A stretch of DNA of 64,000 nt from Octopus vulgaris (Eukaryota): the NCBI GenBank assembly GCA_951406725.2, contig OX597822.1:108438001-108502000 (forward strand), in the 5' to 3' direction. The notes under the pieces were generated by a model, which saw only the letters and a program-made list of their open reading frames with translations, had not been told where the DNA came from and searched no databases. Position 1 is the first letter of the stretch. The number at the start of each line of letters is the position of its first letter. The translations under genes and the position numbers were made by a program. Shown here piece after piece: positions 1 to 13,999 of this stretch.

Positions 1-1644
1 TAATCTAAAGCATTTAATGATGTCTATTAAGCCTATTCATCCAATATATCGAATCAATCTCATTTTGAAATCTATCACACTAAAATATTGAAAATGCTGA
101 TTTCGTTCAATTTTCTGCTTTTATATGTGGTGTTGTTTGCTTAAGCAACCTACATATACTACCCCCGACGGAATACTGAAATGACACACCATTTTCGCAC
201 GAAACAATATACAATTCCTAACGCGAAATTTTAGTGATTGATTTTAAAGTATAATTCTTTTTAATATCCAATCATAAGTGCAAATAGAAATCTATATATG
301 AAAGAAAATTTCCCCAGGCGCCCCATTTCTAAAAGAATACTCCGTTATGTTTAATGGACTTATAATTATAAAAAAAAACATTTACAATACCTCGATATAT
401 TTCACCACCATACTCCACCTGTTAACATTCAGCTGTCAACAAACAATCGATCCATCTGTCTATTTGCATCTCACTTCGTGTCCCTTTCTTTCTCTTTCTG
501 TGTATAATTCTCTCTCTGTCTGTCTGTCTCTCTCTATCTTTCTCTCTTTCTTCCTCCCTATGTATATGTGTGTGTGTGTGCGTGCCTGTTTGTGTATCTA
601 CTTACATTTTCTAAATTATTTTGCTAATTCCAGCCTTCGATCTTAATCAGTCACAAAATATTATTATTCAAGAAAACTGTGTCATACTATAAATTGTACC
701 GTGCATAACTTTGATATACTTGTATTAAAAAGGACAACTTAGCAAATTTATGACTAGGCTTCAATAATATAATTGATATTTCTTAATTATAATGTCGTCA
801 CATATACTTATTTTACATAAAAATTTTGTTATTAAGTTTAGAGAAAAATTTAAGTGCGTGAGTGAGATAGTTTGTTCTAAACTTTAACGATAATTTCTCA
901 CAACTTCTGGCAATTACAAATTTTACGTCTGCCTCAAAAACAATCAATGAATTTTAATTATTTTCCAACTCTACCACAGCTAACAATATTCATTGATAAC
1001 TGACTGATTGGTTCCTGGCAAACATCACACTAGTCGATCGATCAAGTTTCCGCTAGTGAACGTGATAGATAAAATTTTATATTACCTGATTTTCGAAAGT
1101 TGATTCGATTTAATCAGATACAAACAAGTGTCTCTCGATAAAGGAAAGTAAACTTGTTCAGAAGATTAAGTTCCAAGACAACAGCGATAGCAGCCTATTA
1201 TCATGACACTCGATTTTCATTGGCGTATTTGCAATTTCTGGCGCTTACGCTCTCCATGGATGTTTATACAATGAATAATTTTATGGCTTCACATATTACT
1301 GAAATTAACAATGAGAAACTTTAGTCTATGTTTATCAGTTAATCTATCTTTACGTATTCCATATATTCTTATCTGAACGTTGGTATCTTTCAATGCAAAC
1401 TATATTAAAATGATCTGTGAATATATTATAATTCCTGTTATGATCACAATAAACTGACCTGATTACTCGTTTTGTAAGTTTCATCTAACTAGATGACAGG
1501 TCAGTTTTCTGAGGGGAATGAACATATAGTAAACGCAGAATTATCAGCACATTACAGGTGAAAGGCTAGTGTGTCAGGTGTAAAGCTGCACTCAGATTTT
1601 AAACAAATTAAGGCATTCTAGATTCGAAGTAAAATTCATTTTTT

Positions 1645-2070
1645 AATCTAGGCACGGGGCCCAAAGTTTTGGGGGACGGTGGCAGTCGATTGGATTGACC
1701 CCAGTACGTAATTGGTACTTAATTTATCGTCTTCGAAAGGATGAAAAGCAAAGTCGACCTCGGCAGAATTTAAACTCAGAACATAAAGACAGACGAAGTA
1801 ACGGTAAGCACTTTCTCTCGACGTGCTAACGTTTCTTATTTCTTTACTGTCCACAAGGGGTTAAACGTAGAGGGGACAAACAAAGGACAAACAAAGGGAT
1901 TAAGTCGATTATATCGACCCCAGCGCGTAACTGGTACTTAATTTATCGACCCTGGAAGGATGAAAGGCAAAGTCTACCTCGGCTGAATTTGAACTCAGAA
2001 TGTAACGGCAGACGAAATGCCGCTAAGAATTTCGCCTGGTGTGCTAACGTTTCGGCCAACTCGCCACCTT
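1645..2070 (-). mobile_element. Tandem pair of tRNA-derived SINEs (family A)
   Basis: Minus strand reads ggcgagttggccgaaacgttagc...gagttcaaattc (Pol III A/B-box-like), then core gactttgcctttcatcctt..gggtcgataaattaagtaccag and tail ccccttgtgg...aaagaaata. Same sequence at 4720 and 30961. Confidence 0.85.
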
Positions 2071-2139
2071 AGAACGGAAATAAAATTGCCGACAATTTCC
2101 ATATCTGCATACATATGTTTTTATTTTTCACTAATATTT

Positions 2140-2350
2140 CTTCCTACTGTAGCTATAAGGCGTGGAAGTTTTTGATATGGAGAAAAGTGTAGATGATTAC
2201 ACTAATACCAGTGCTTGACTGTACCTACTTTATTGATCCAGAGAGACGAAAGTCAAAGTCGATTGCAGCGGCATGTCAAGTGAACGTAAAAAGAGACGAA
2301 CTACATTTAAGCATTTTGCCCGACGTTCAAACAGTTCTGCCAATCCACTA
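2140..2350 (-). mobile_element. Degenerate family A SINE copy
   Basis: Diverged match (ccagtgcttgactgtacctactttattgatcc...aaagtcgat...aagcattttgcccgacg) to 1645-1830. Confidence 0.6.
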
Positions 2351-4719
2351 CTTTCAGTTTTATTAATATTAAAAAGTACTATTTAAGAGAAGAATTACAT
2401 TATACAGTTAGTATTCGAAAAAGCATGAATGCATGCGAATTTGTAGCACTCTAGAAGTATTATTGAAAGATAAAACGGTAATCATAGAGGAAGAAATGTA
2501 ATTAATTAAGTTGAAGATCGTATTCATATTCTCCAACGCATTTTCTTATCCAATAAAATTTCGCTGTGTTTTACCAGTTTATATATGCAGACATGTTTTT
2601 GGTATTTCCAATGCAAGGATGACAATGCTTGAAACGCAAGTACAGAAGCAGTAGGGAAAGTTTGGCGATAAGGTAGATACGTCTATGGCCGCGTCATCCT
2701 TTTTTACATTGCACCATTACTCAATTGTTTTGGGTGATCTGTTTGCCACATGTCTTTCTAAAGACAAATTATTTTGGAAGAGTTGCAACAAATGAAGAGG
2801 TGTCTTGTATTCATATATAATTAAATGTATCTAGATTAACTAGTGGTATGATACTCCCGTAGCCGAATACTGGACCTGGTCCAACTTCTCTACCACGTAG
2901 AGGACAACTAATTTCATCTGTAATTTCATTGAGACTGGCTCTGTTTTTGATTTCTTAATCATGCTCTGAGATATGCAATTATACGGTCTTTAAAGAAGTA
3001 ATTTTTATATACTCTTTTCTTAAAAAGTTGTGGCTTTTCTAAGACCTGTGGAAGCGCGGACTGATCAAGACTAAAAAGTTTACAGTAGCATACTCGAATA
3101 TGTGTAGCACATGAGAATGAATATAGCAGATTATTTTTTCACTATTCCATACGTATGCAGATACATTTTATATGTATTTCAGCGTTATGTAAAAACCGAT
3201 TCTGCCAAATAAAAGTCTCTGCGTCTCTGATGAAATTAAGTCTAAACTACTTTAGTGCATATTACTTTTGTTAGTAGACCACATGTTTCCATCAATAGGT
3301 ACTATTGATGGACAATATTGGGATAAACTACTTTGTTTTTTTTTCCAGGTTAATATTTTCTTTACCCCCAGCAGTTAGAAACAATTTTCTGAGTACAGGG
3401 ATATTATTACTAAATTAACATTTAAATTTAATACATAGTTGGGCAGACCTATATTAGTCTAAAAAGCATACCAGTGCATTCGTACATCAAGAACATTAAC
3501 CGATCCAAAAATTAACTGATAATAAATTTAATGATACCAAAATTAACTGATACCAAAATTTTTGAAAATCACTGAATACATTTTTAATAAGAGTGCAGCG
3601 TAGCTTCCCTCTCATTGCATTTCTCTGCGAATTAAAAAATATTTTCGTTTACGTACTGATACACCTCATTACAAATTCAAGGCACAAATTCTGGCACAAA
3701 GCCAGCAATGTTTGGGACTGGGTAAATCGTCAACCCCAGTACTTCTTTTGATTCGAACACGAAAATATGTGATTGACACTCGAACATCTTAAAATCTCAG
3801 CCACGTTTGCTTAAATTCCGTTGTTTCAGCTAATTATATAACACAAAATATTTGCTACAATTTATTCGTAAAAATTTTCTGAGGATAATTTTTTAAATCT
3901 TTGAAAAAGAGAAATAAAATCGAAGAGTAATTTGTTGATTTAATTACTAAATTTTAATAGCCTAAAGTGACCAACGAAATATTGAAAGTGTTGCTGAAAG
4001 TGAGAAACGTAGAATTCATGGTAAAAAAAAGAGAAACAAAGAAAAAATTAAAAGTCATTGTCGAGATTAGATTTTTTTAAAGATTAAGACAATTAGATAA
4101 CATTTTTATTCCGAATGCATTAACGAAAGTTTTTAAAATATTTTTCGTTTTTGAATGTTTTATTTTCTAATCGTTTTTCATAACTAATTTTATTCATAAA
4201 TATTCCGAAAGTCAAACTTTTGTCAACAGATAACATGATAAATCCAGAAAAAATTTCTACTCAAAATTATTGGAATAAAAATGCTGTAGGTATGCAATCA
4301 TGATTTATTTCGTGATCGAGACATAACAGAGAGGTTTGTAGGTGTCAGTAGGATTATGCTGTATGTTAATATTTGAGAAGATGAAGTGTGATTTCAAACA
4401 AAACTGTTTGATTGATATCTACAGTTTTTAGATATGAGCTACAAATACATTGGTGCACTGTGAACACAATATTTCATTAGCTTTATATTTCCTGTATTGT
4501 GTTTCAAAGCAATCTTTCAGATTCGAATACACAACCAGGGTGATCTTATTTTAAAAAAAAACTGAGAACAAAAACACTGGTCTATGAGGAGACACGAGAA
4601 AAAGCAAGTAAGCTATTACTGGAAAAACTGGAATGGGAAACGCGAAGAGAGAAAATATAGATTAAATACAAACGGAAAAGGAAATAAAAGAAAGAACATC
4701 ATGGTTGGTTCTGCATGAT

Positions 4720-4902
4720 GTATTTCGGCTGCCGTTACGTTCTGAGTTCAAATTCCGCCGAGGTCGACTTTGCCTTTCATCCTTTCGGGGTCGATAAATT
4801 AAGTACCAGTTAAGCACTGGGGTCGATATAATCGACTTAATACCTATGTCTGTCCATGTTTGTCCCCTCTATGTTTAGCCCCTTGTGGGTAATAATGAAA
4901 TA
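4720..4902 (+). mobile_element. 5'-truncated family A SINE with 17-bp target site duplication
   Basis: ggttggttctgcatgat at both 4703-4719 and 4903-4919 flanks the SINE body. Confidence 0.9.
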
Positions 4903-6104
4903 GGTTGGTTCTGCATGATCAGTCAGAATTATAATATAGCAAGCGTAGAATAATTTACCGGGGAAGAGACCAAAGTCTGTGAGACAGCATGCTCAATCTT
5001 AAGAGGAAGATGTTCTCCAGTTCGACGGAAAAAGAAAATCACCACCCGAACTGTGCATTTGCTTGCATTCACTAAAATTTCGCATCTGAGATTAAGAAGC
5101 GTGATGTAATTCTTGAATTAAGAATTATTGTGAGCACTTTCGGTAGCACATAGCTTACATTTTTTTTTCTTTTTTGATTCATTTACATATAGCGTGTATT
5201 TCCACCACGATGCTCCATTTCTTTGTATGTGATGTGCAATTGCACTTCAGATTCGATTATGTGGCTTTATTCCCCGCCATGTGCCGGAGAAAATATAGGT
5301 TGTTTGCGTATCAGGCTTTTTTAAATAACTTTACATAAACCGCAGCAACTTTTCATTTGAATTCCATTATTGTGGAGAACTGGGTTATGACTTCAGGTTC
5401 ATAAACAACTGAAATAACCAAGTCTGCCTGATTGTACGGGTAAGCTTCAATGTTTCCATTTTTACAACTAGGAGCGGGTGTTTGATTTCGCATGCCAATA
5501 ATAATATTCTTCATATTGGAGCAGCAGATGCATGAGTTTTTACACTCATCTTCTTGAATTTATAGTTTAATTGGTAATTCTTATCTAGTAATGCGAAAAA
5601 TTGTTTGCTTATGGTATTTTTAATAGTTAAAGAGAAAGGAATGGTACGTATCCTATTATTTTCCAGAGTCTAATTTTAGATCTCATATTTTCATTGACGA
5701 GATTTAATTCGACATAATTTCATAGTCGCGTGTTTTATAAAGTTTTACTTAAATCATTCGCGGCCACTCTACTTTTCATGCCCAGTTTAATTTAGGGAGT
5801 GTTGTCTTTGCCATGTCTGAGTGAATGAGTCGACGATATCGTGCAGTTCATATATGGAATATTGATAACACCGAGGTATTTGTAGTAAAACATTGTCAAG
5901 TTATACAATGATATTTTCTCAACTCAGCATCTAATATTTAATTGATGAAATTACAGGACTCATGTCCGTTATCTCCTTTTTGACTTGATTGACAATATTA
6001 TTTTATTGATACTAAATTTCGTCTGTACCTTGCAAATGTACGAATATATTTTGTGCCTAATGAACAACTAGAGATATTTCTGATACTTAAGGAAATGCTT
6101 GTTG

Positions 6105-6445
6105 AGAAGAGGAATTAACTATACAATTCTAATAATAAATAGATTCCTTAGAACATTTTGAAAACGGCATTGCTTTTAAATATTTTGTCTAGTTTAAACA
6201 GATAAGAAAATACTTTCATTATTAACGGAAATTCATATAAAACATTTTGTTAAAGCTCATGTCCACAATCATAGCAGAGAGATTAACTATACAACACTAA
6301 TAACATATAGACACCTTCTGACATTTTCAAACGGTATTTATCTTAAATATTTAGTCTAGTTCAACAAATAAGAAAATAATTTCCTTATCAACAGAAATTC
6401 AGATAAAATATGTTGTTGAGGGTTATTATTACCATCGTATCAGGG
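6105..6445. repeat. Diverged tandem duplication, about 170-bp unit
   Basis: attaactatacaa...aaatatttNgtctagtt...ataagaaaata...gaaattcaNataaaa occurs twice, starting near 6114 and 6282. Confidence 0.8.
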
Positions 6446-6723
6446 CTATAGATAGTTTTACATAATACTCATTGAATATATGGTCTTAATTTAGAGAAAA
6501 ACCGCTTTAACAAAGCGGAGTGGACAAAGTTTCCATAGGATTATGATAAATTATAAACTTTTCGACAATTAGGGATAGTTAGTGAAAAATGTTTTACACA
6601 CAGACAGACACACACACACATATATGTAGCTATTAATATCCTTATATACTACATATATAGTATATATATTAATATATTCGTGTATGTAATGTAGGTGCAT
6701 GTGTCTGCGTGTAAGTTTATATA

Positions 6724-6760
<37 letters not shown>

Positions 6761-7050
6761 GTGTGTGCATGCATGTGTGGATGTATGTGTGTGTATGTGT
6801 GTGTATGTGTGTGTTGGTCTGTGTGTGCGTGTGTATGTGTGTGTGTCAATGCTTTCGAAGCCAAATCGACTGCTCTATCATTGAATAATTACAATCGAAA
6901 AGAACGTTACACTCCACAATAAAGGGAATCACACCACCACTATTTAGTCCTAGGAAACACCAACGCTTCGTGTCGGCCTTGACACATTTTGTGTGTCCTT
7001 ATGTTTACAAAGGGGAGACAAGCACCCCCATCAAGCTAACCCTCCCCCCG

Positions 7051-7091
7051 CCAGAGACATGTTTCCGAGTCTTTGCTCGTTACCAGTCTGG
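7051..7091 (-). ncRNA. Degenerate minimal type I hammerhead ribozyme motif
   Basis: Minus strand: ccaga CTGGTAA cgag-caaaga-ctcg GAAAC AT GTC tctgg. Perfect 5-bp stem I and 4-bp stem II, palindromic stem III; two core changes from CUGANGA. Confidence 0.65.
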
Positions 7092-8884
7092 AGTAGCATG
7101 GCCTGCTGGCTGAAGATACCTGTCTAGATCTTGTAAACATATATATATCTATAATTTCTGTGAAGTAAATTCACTGATCACCAAAAATAGAAAATACAAA
7201 TGCTCTATCGTTCCACCACTGCTTATATCTCTCTGAGATATTTAGAAATTTTATATTTCTATTGTTAATCGAAAAGAAGTTTCCCGAAAAGAAACTTTTC
7301 ACAACATAGACTTACAGAAATGATTTTTTTAAATACGAAAATAAGTATATGTGCTTCTCCAATAATGCATAAATGCAGATAAACATCATAGGAATATATT
7401 TATACCTGGTCTTTATAGCAATGTAATGTTTACACAGTGAAATACTTTCAAATTTGGAGAAATCATTCTAATAATGGGTTTGTGATTTGTGATACTCATA
7501 TACCTTCAAAATGAAAAAGAGAAGTATGAAAAACAATACAATAATTGAAATAATATAATAATTAAAACCCATATTGTTTTTAAAATTCATTCTACACTCG
7601 ATATATACTACAAACACGTAGAGAGGTGCCTCCTTTTCCCCATTGATATCCAACTGAGATTATCTTTGCAACTTGGGATTTGGGGTTTGATACATAAACA
7701 AGTCCACCTGGTTATGATTCGCCAGAGTAATTTGTTCGGTTTTCAGGTATTCGTACCCTTGAGGACATGGTGCGATTTTAAGAATCTAGAAATTTTAATT
7801 TCAAACATATCATCTAGATTAATATTCTAATTATAATTAGAGGTCTTCTATAATTGAGCGCTCGCTAAAGAAATCAAGCATATTCTATCTTTCCTTGGGG
7901 CATGTTAGATTGCAGTATATTAAAAGTTGCTCCATCCAACCTTTAGATAATTACTTCCGGGTTATTCAATTGAATTTCATGATGGTATTAGCAATAATGC
8001 GTTACCAGAAAATAACGTAACCTCCCTACAGCCTACATTATATTTAAAATAAAAATGCACGATTGCTTTGGTTCAAATGTCGTGGACATAAGTTTGGACC
8101 ATCTCTGTAGCACAGGTGCTGACATTTTTCAGTGTCTGAAAACCTATTTTATTAACCTCATTTTGTAAACGTCATTTATGTTCACATATAAATGCATAGA
8201 TGTTGAATGTGTTGCCATATCCTAACCCTAAGCAAAATACGTGGGGCGGATGCATTAAGCTTTTCATCACAGCTGTTTTCATTCTTTTAAAGGCAAAATT
8301 GGTCGTTGTATCGAATAGGAACAACTTCATAGAGGTTAGACGTTGGCAAGTAGCTGAAAACTGAATATAATTTTGCGATAATATGAATTGTAACCCAAAC
8401 AATAATTTTTCATAATTCACACTACTGAATAAACATTCTTTTATTTAATTACTTATGTATTCAATTAAGCAGATATGTTTCTGGTATTCTTTTTATATTA
8501 TTTTTACTTTCTATTTCACATTGCAATTACTATTCTCTCCTATTGCAATGAAGATATAAAGCAATCTTTACAAAATAAGGATAAACAACATATCTGTGTT
8601 AATTATAAGATATTGAATAATAGGTGTATTTTTGAGAAATACCGTTGAATTCTAAATTATATATAGATTCCTTAAAGTAACGTGTATATCAATATCTACG
8701 TGTGTGAATGCGCACGCGAGCGCAAGTGTGTGTGCGTTTGTGTATGTGTTTAGCCATGCATCAACATATATGAATGTATGTGTTTTATTATACATTTATA
8801 AGTACATACACGTCTCGCACTCACTGTGAGAATACTTACACATCTATCCATACAAGCGCACAAAAGTATATATATCTGCATATG

Positions 8885-8934
<50 letters not shown>

Positions 8935-8959
8935 CATCTATCTATCTATCTATCTATCT

Positions 8960-8999
<40 letters not shown>

Positions 9000-9570
9000 A
9001 TCTGTCTGTGTGTTTGTGTGAGTGTGTTACTGTTGTGAGATCTGCAATTATATATGATTTATTACGTATTGTATTTACGCAATAGCATATTATTAGAAGA
9101 ATCCATTTCCATTGGACCGATAGAATGCTTAGTTTGGAAACGATATTGATATTTTTCACGTTCACCTTTGTTTATTGTGCAATACATTATGTGAGACTAA
9201 AATTATATTTTTCTATCCTTCTATGATTGTATTAATTATTTCCTACCGATAGCACATTATCGATACATTTATTTTTGTGAGAACATAGCATTTCTTCTTC
9301 AATAGACATGTGCAATTTACAATACGTTTCACTAAGACACAAAAATAATGTATACGTTAATAAAATCATTTCATATGTAGCAGATGAGTGGAAAATATTC
9401 TCTGGAATTAATTTCAGATTGTTATCATCCATGATATAAATAGTATTCTCTTGTGTAAGGTTCATATCATTGAATCACCGGGGTTTCTAACATCAATAAG
9501 TTTTTGTTGATTAATGTTTTCACAGACAATACGTCATTGGAAAGAAAAGAATTCAAAAGAAACTACAAAG

Positions 9571-9616
<46 letters not shown>

Positions 9617-10559
9617 AAAAAAAAGAAAAACAATAGGTATCGATCGAATAGTCTGTACTTTGCATTAAATTGAGACTGGCTTCGTTTGAAATGAAAATTG
9701 CCAATTTTCACACAATACAGGGCACAGGTCCAGCTCACCGTTATAAGATGGCCTCAAGAACTTTCAACCTCACATTGTAACAGTCACATTGTTTGCTAAC
9801 AATGCTGTAGACGGACCTTTTTTTATAACTAGCTAACGTAAATACTGATGTTATACATAAGAACACTGCTTTTGTCGTTTTAATTCTTTCTTTGGAAATA
9901 AACAATGCTAAATACCCGAGGAAATTTTCTAACTTAAAGAAATAGATGCAGTACTCGGTTGAAAATGAGCGTTTTATCTTAATATACTATTGTATATTAC
10001 TGCCGAACTAATGCCAAAAATAGTCAATGATAAGAAAAATTGCATTAAGCAAAAGATGTTTGTTATCTGATGCTTACCGTAATTCAATACTACTTTGTTT
10101 TCACTTTCGCCCAGTTTATACAATTTACATCCAAGTAACATAAGAAGTAAAATTGTAGATGCAAAGGGTAAAATAAACCGTTTACTCCTTAGAAACATTA
10201 TTTTATACACATATATCTGACACTATGCTAATTTCTTTTCACGCACGTGCTTAACAACTTGCGTGTTTAAGTGTTCTCTGCCTGTTTTTGTGATTGTGTA
10301 TAAACACTGCAGCAGACCATATGGTCATGAATAACTAGGCAACCATTCCATGCTCAACCGGTCTACAAATGGCATGTGCTTCATAGAGCTCACTATTAAA
10401 GTTCAAAGAACTGGGTTTTCGCAATCGGAAATATATTTGGCCAGAGGCATGAGAGCTTAGTTCAGATAACATCTAAGGGCTACACCGCAAAACATGCCAA
10501 TCAGTTGCTTTACCCATATATCCATCTACCTCTAGCATGATATATATATATATATGTAT

Positions 10560-10703
10560 TAAAATCTTGGGGTAGCAAGAAAATTCATAGAAAAATTCTT
10601 AGTTACCAGTGGTCTAGCGAGACAGAAAAAATTTGTCAATAGACTATACGTTATTCAGAGAAGAATACAGTGTACGTTCAAACACAAAAGAGATACCCGT
10701 AGG
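10560..10703 (-). mobile_element. 3' segment of a TA-flanked PLE-like mini-element (E3)
   Basis: Shares TTTTGYGKTTGAA and the terminal motif ctcgctagaccact-GGT[hairpin]ACC-c with the elements at 55805 and 61354. Confidence 0.55.
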
Positions 10704-10735
10704 TATATATGTATATATGTATGAATGTATATTAT

Positions 10736-11958
10736 TTTTGATTTCTGTCTCTGCCTTCGAAACACGTGTCTGCTAGCGACAGCTGATGAAGGGGATTTTT
10801 CCTTGTGCAGCATGTCCTGTACTTCGATTTTCTGCTGCACATAATTGTTTTTCCCGTTTTTGTTTCGTCTTGTTCCACGCCTATGTCCTTCTGTTGTAAC
10901 AAATGGCTTTTCCGTTTTCATTTCTGTTGATTTTTACGTCTTCTTGTGGTGTCCTGTACGTATATATATATATATATATTTATATGCATGTATATATACA
11001 TGTAGATGTCGGTACGTACATATATGTTTGTATGTATGCATATATTTTATTTATTACACTATTGTCTGACAGCGCTTCGCGTCAGGTTCGTTTGAATTTT
11101 CGATTTTTCGAATTCTCACTTCGTTCCGTCTCTCTCCTCCTCGTTCATTTTTACAGTTTACTACAATGATCGGAAACTCTCTCCCTTTGCTTTACATTCC
11201 CCCCTCTCTCTCTCTTGCTCTCTCTGTCTCACCCTTCTCTCTAGCCTGTGTCTTCCTCTATCTGTCTTTCTCTCTCTCTCCCACTCCTCCTCACTTTCGT
11301 CACTGCTAATTCTTTCCCCTGTTGCCTTCACGCCGTAAGGTCATGTTTCCCAGCGCTCGCCAGTTACTTTCTCGTCCCCGCCAGAACAAAGGCCTTTGTT
11401 CGTCTTTTTCGTTTGTTCTCTTGTTTATTTTTGATTTCTCGTATTGTAATTTAATTCTCGTTACGTATTTTCTTGTACATGTATCTTTAATTTTGTATTA
11501 TTTTTTTCTTGTATGTATTTTTTTGTGCAGTTCTTTGTTACGTCCCTTTTTGTGTTACATTTATTTCTTGCTCGTTTTACACCCCTCTACGAGGTTATTT
11601 TATTTTAATTCTCTCGTAGGAAGGCCTAGCATGGCCATACGTGATCTTTCTCTGCCTTCGAAACACGTGTCTGCTAGCGACAGCTGGTGAAGGGGATTTT
11701 TCCTTGTGCAGCATGTCCTGTACTTCGATTTTCTGCTGCACATAATTGTTTTTCCCGTTTTCGTTTCGTCTTGTTCCACGTTTCTGTCCTTCTGCTGTAA
11801 CAAATGGCTTTTCCGTTTTCGTTTCTGTTGATTTTTACGTCTTCTTGTGGTGTTCTGTACGTATATATATATATATTTATATGCATGTATATATACATGT
11901 AGATGTTGGTGCGTACATATATGTTTGTATGTATGCATATAATATATTTTATTTATTA

Positions 11959-11962
<4 letters not shown>
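10736..11962 (+). mobile_element. Non-coding element with about 320-bp direct terminal repeats (pLTR-like)
   Basis: 10749-11060 and 11650-11962 are near identical (tctgccttcgaaacacgtgtctgctagcgacagctgRtgaagggg...). Each carries GAAAC-acgt-GTC and CTGRTGA hammerhead-like boxes and runs into TA-rich repeats. Confidence 0.7.
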
Positions 11963-12019
<57 letters not shown>

Positions 12020-12084
12020 TGTATGTGTAGGTACATGTATATATACATATATATGTGTGTGTGTGCGTGTTTGTATATATATAT

Positions 12085-12900
12085 AAGTTCATCAAAAGGT
12101 AGATTCAGATGAATATGGTACTTGAGTTAAAGGCACCAGAATTTTGTATGGTATTAACCATATAAATCAAATGGTGTGATTATAATCAAAATAAGCAACA
12201 AGGATATCCAAGGTAGTGTAGTACAATCGTGTCATGCTACTTCATTTTATTAAACATTGTAAGTATTACATCGGCTTTAAAATGTCGAGCAATCTTCAGC
12301 CACATACAGAATTTTTCAGTTAAACGGACAATGCACATTCTTATACTTATTTCATTTGCCAACATTACAAAGAGGGTATAAACGCACAACAAAGGAACGA
12401 ATGAATAACTCACATATTGTGAATTACTGTTTCATGCCTTTAACGATAATTTTATTCAATTTTGGTGGCGTTAAGATTTTATCAGTGGCCAGCGTTTAAT
12501 ATCGACATATTAATGTGAATTCATATATAGTAATTTACAATAGTATAAAATACAATAATAATTAAATGCATAGAGGAGACTATGCTTATGCTGAAAGTAG
12601 ACTCAAAATCGGTAAACCATTTAAAATTATCAATTTTATAGTATAGAAATCGAGGGAGTATGCTCGCAGAAATTCAGAAATTAGATAGCCTTGGATTGAT
12701 CAACTTCTGGGTTAGGTTAATAACATTTCTTAATCAGCAAGGCATACTTACGGAAATAAAGGAGATTTTTTACATATCCCCAGAAAAGATGACACAAATC
12801 TATGATTACATACTAATACCACAAATACATCCGCTTCGAATTTCGTAGTCTACCTAAGAACATTTGTATATTGGCCAAAGTAGTGGAGAAATAACTAAAC
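12085..12900 (-). mobile_element. PLE-like non-coding element with hammerhead motif
   Basis: Abuts a TA run; 12100-12280 is homologous to 29450-29645; internal segments are duplicated at 13770-13910. Confidence 0.55.
12216..12305 (-). ncRNA. Type I hammerhead motif with long stem II loop
   Basis: Minus strand: atgtgg CTGAAGA ttgct...agcat GACAC gatt GTA ctacac. The paralog at 29597 retains GAAAC, so GACAC is likely a copy-specific mutation. Confidence 0.6.
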
Positions 12901-12943
12901 CGTCCTGAAGTGAATGGAAATAATTGAATTATAAAAATAAATA

Positions 12944-13765
12944 TCTATATATATAAAACTCGACTTGTGTGTATCTGTGTGTGTATCTCTGTGTGTGTGT
13001 GTCTGTGTGTTTAACTTCCCGGCACATCTCCTCCTTGCCAACAAATCGTAAGACCACCAAAAGTGGGTCACTTAAAGTTTTGGCGAATCAAAATTGAACT
13101 GCGCTATTTCTGTTCCGAAATTCATCTCGCAGGTGAAAATATCGATAATGTGTTTGTTTAGGCCTTATCCCATGCATTGAATAGTAAACTTTACCCAGTC
13201 AGCTGTTTGACGTGAACTGTGTTCACCACGCGTGCAAGCATGTGTAAATTGCATGAAAAATAAAAAAAAAATCAAGATATAAAAACGAATCGCCGTAAAC
13301 ATTGTAGAAGTCCGGCAAAGAAATGAATTTTCCGGATGTAGCCTGGAGGGTTTTTTCGTATTAATCGTTTGGACTTTGTGAACACATACCAATTATCTAT
13401 ACATATAAAACTGAAGGTATCTCTGTGTGTGTGGCAGGTTTGGTAGCCTTCAACTAACACTACCTCCTCCGAGACCCTGCGGCGCAAGTTGACCAAAATT
13501 GAGAGTATGATAGAAGAAGGCTTGCTCTTCCTTTCGTAGAGGAAACAATTCAAGTCGGACCATGTTAACACCAAAAATTATTTACATCAAAAAGGTGCTT
13601 TTTTCTATGAAAATCCCTATTTTTTTACGATTTTTGGACTGTCGCCTTTTTTCGTGTATTTCAACCAGAAAAATGTTCACTTAAAGAGAATAACAAGCTA
13701 CATAATGCAAAATGTTTACTTTTCAAAAATCCCAATTCTAAAGCAACGCCGGGTGATACTGCTAG
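12944..13765 (+). mobile_element. Non-autonomous Helitron-like element (two 5' TC starts, at 12944 and 13396)
   Basis: TCTATAYATATAAAACT starts; 3' end gcaacgccgggtgatactgCTAG. 13396-13765 matches 25790-26148. Confidence 0.75.
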
Positions 13766-13999
13766 TAAAGGATACAATCGTTAAAGATTTTATCAGTGGC
13801 CAGTATATAATGTAGATCTGTTCGTGATTGATCAATTTCTGGATTAGACTAACATTTCGTCGTCAGCAATGCATACTTAGGGAAATAAACGGGATATTTA
13901 TATACACCCACATGAAGGCAAACGCAAAGGTATTACTATAATGAATATCCACGTAGAGTAACCAAGCATTAGAAGTCGCTTATTGTTAGTATCAGTGAA

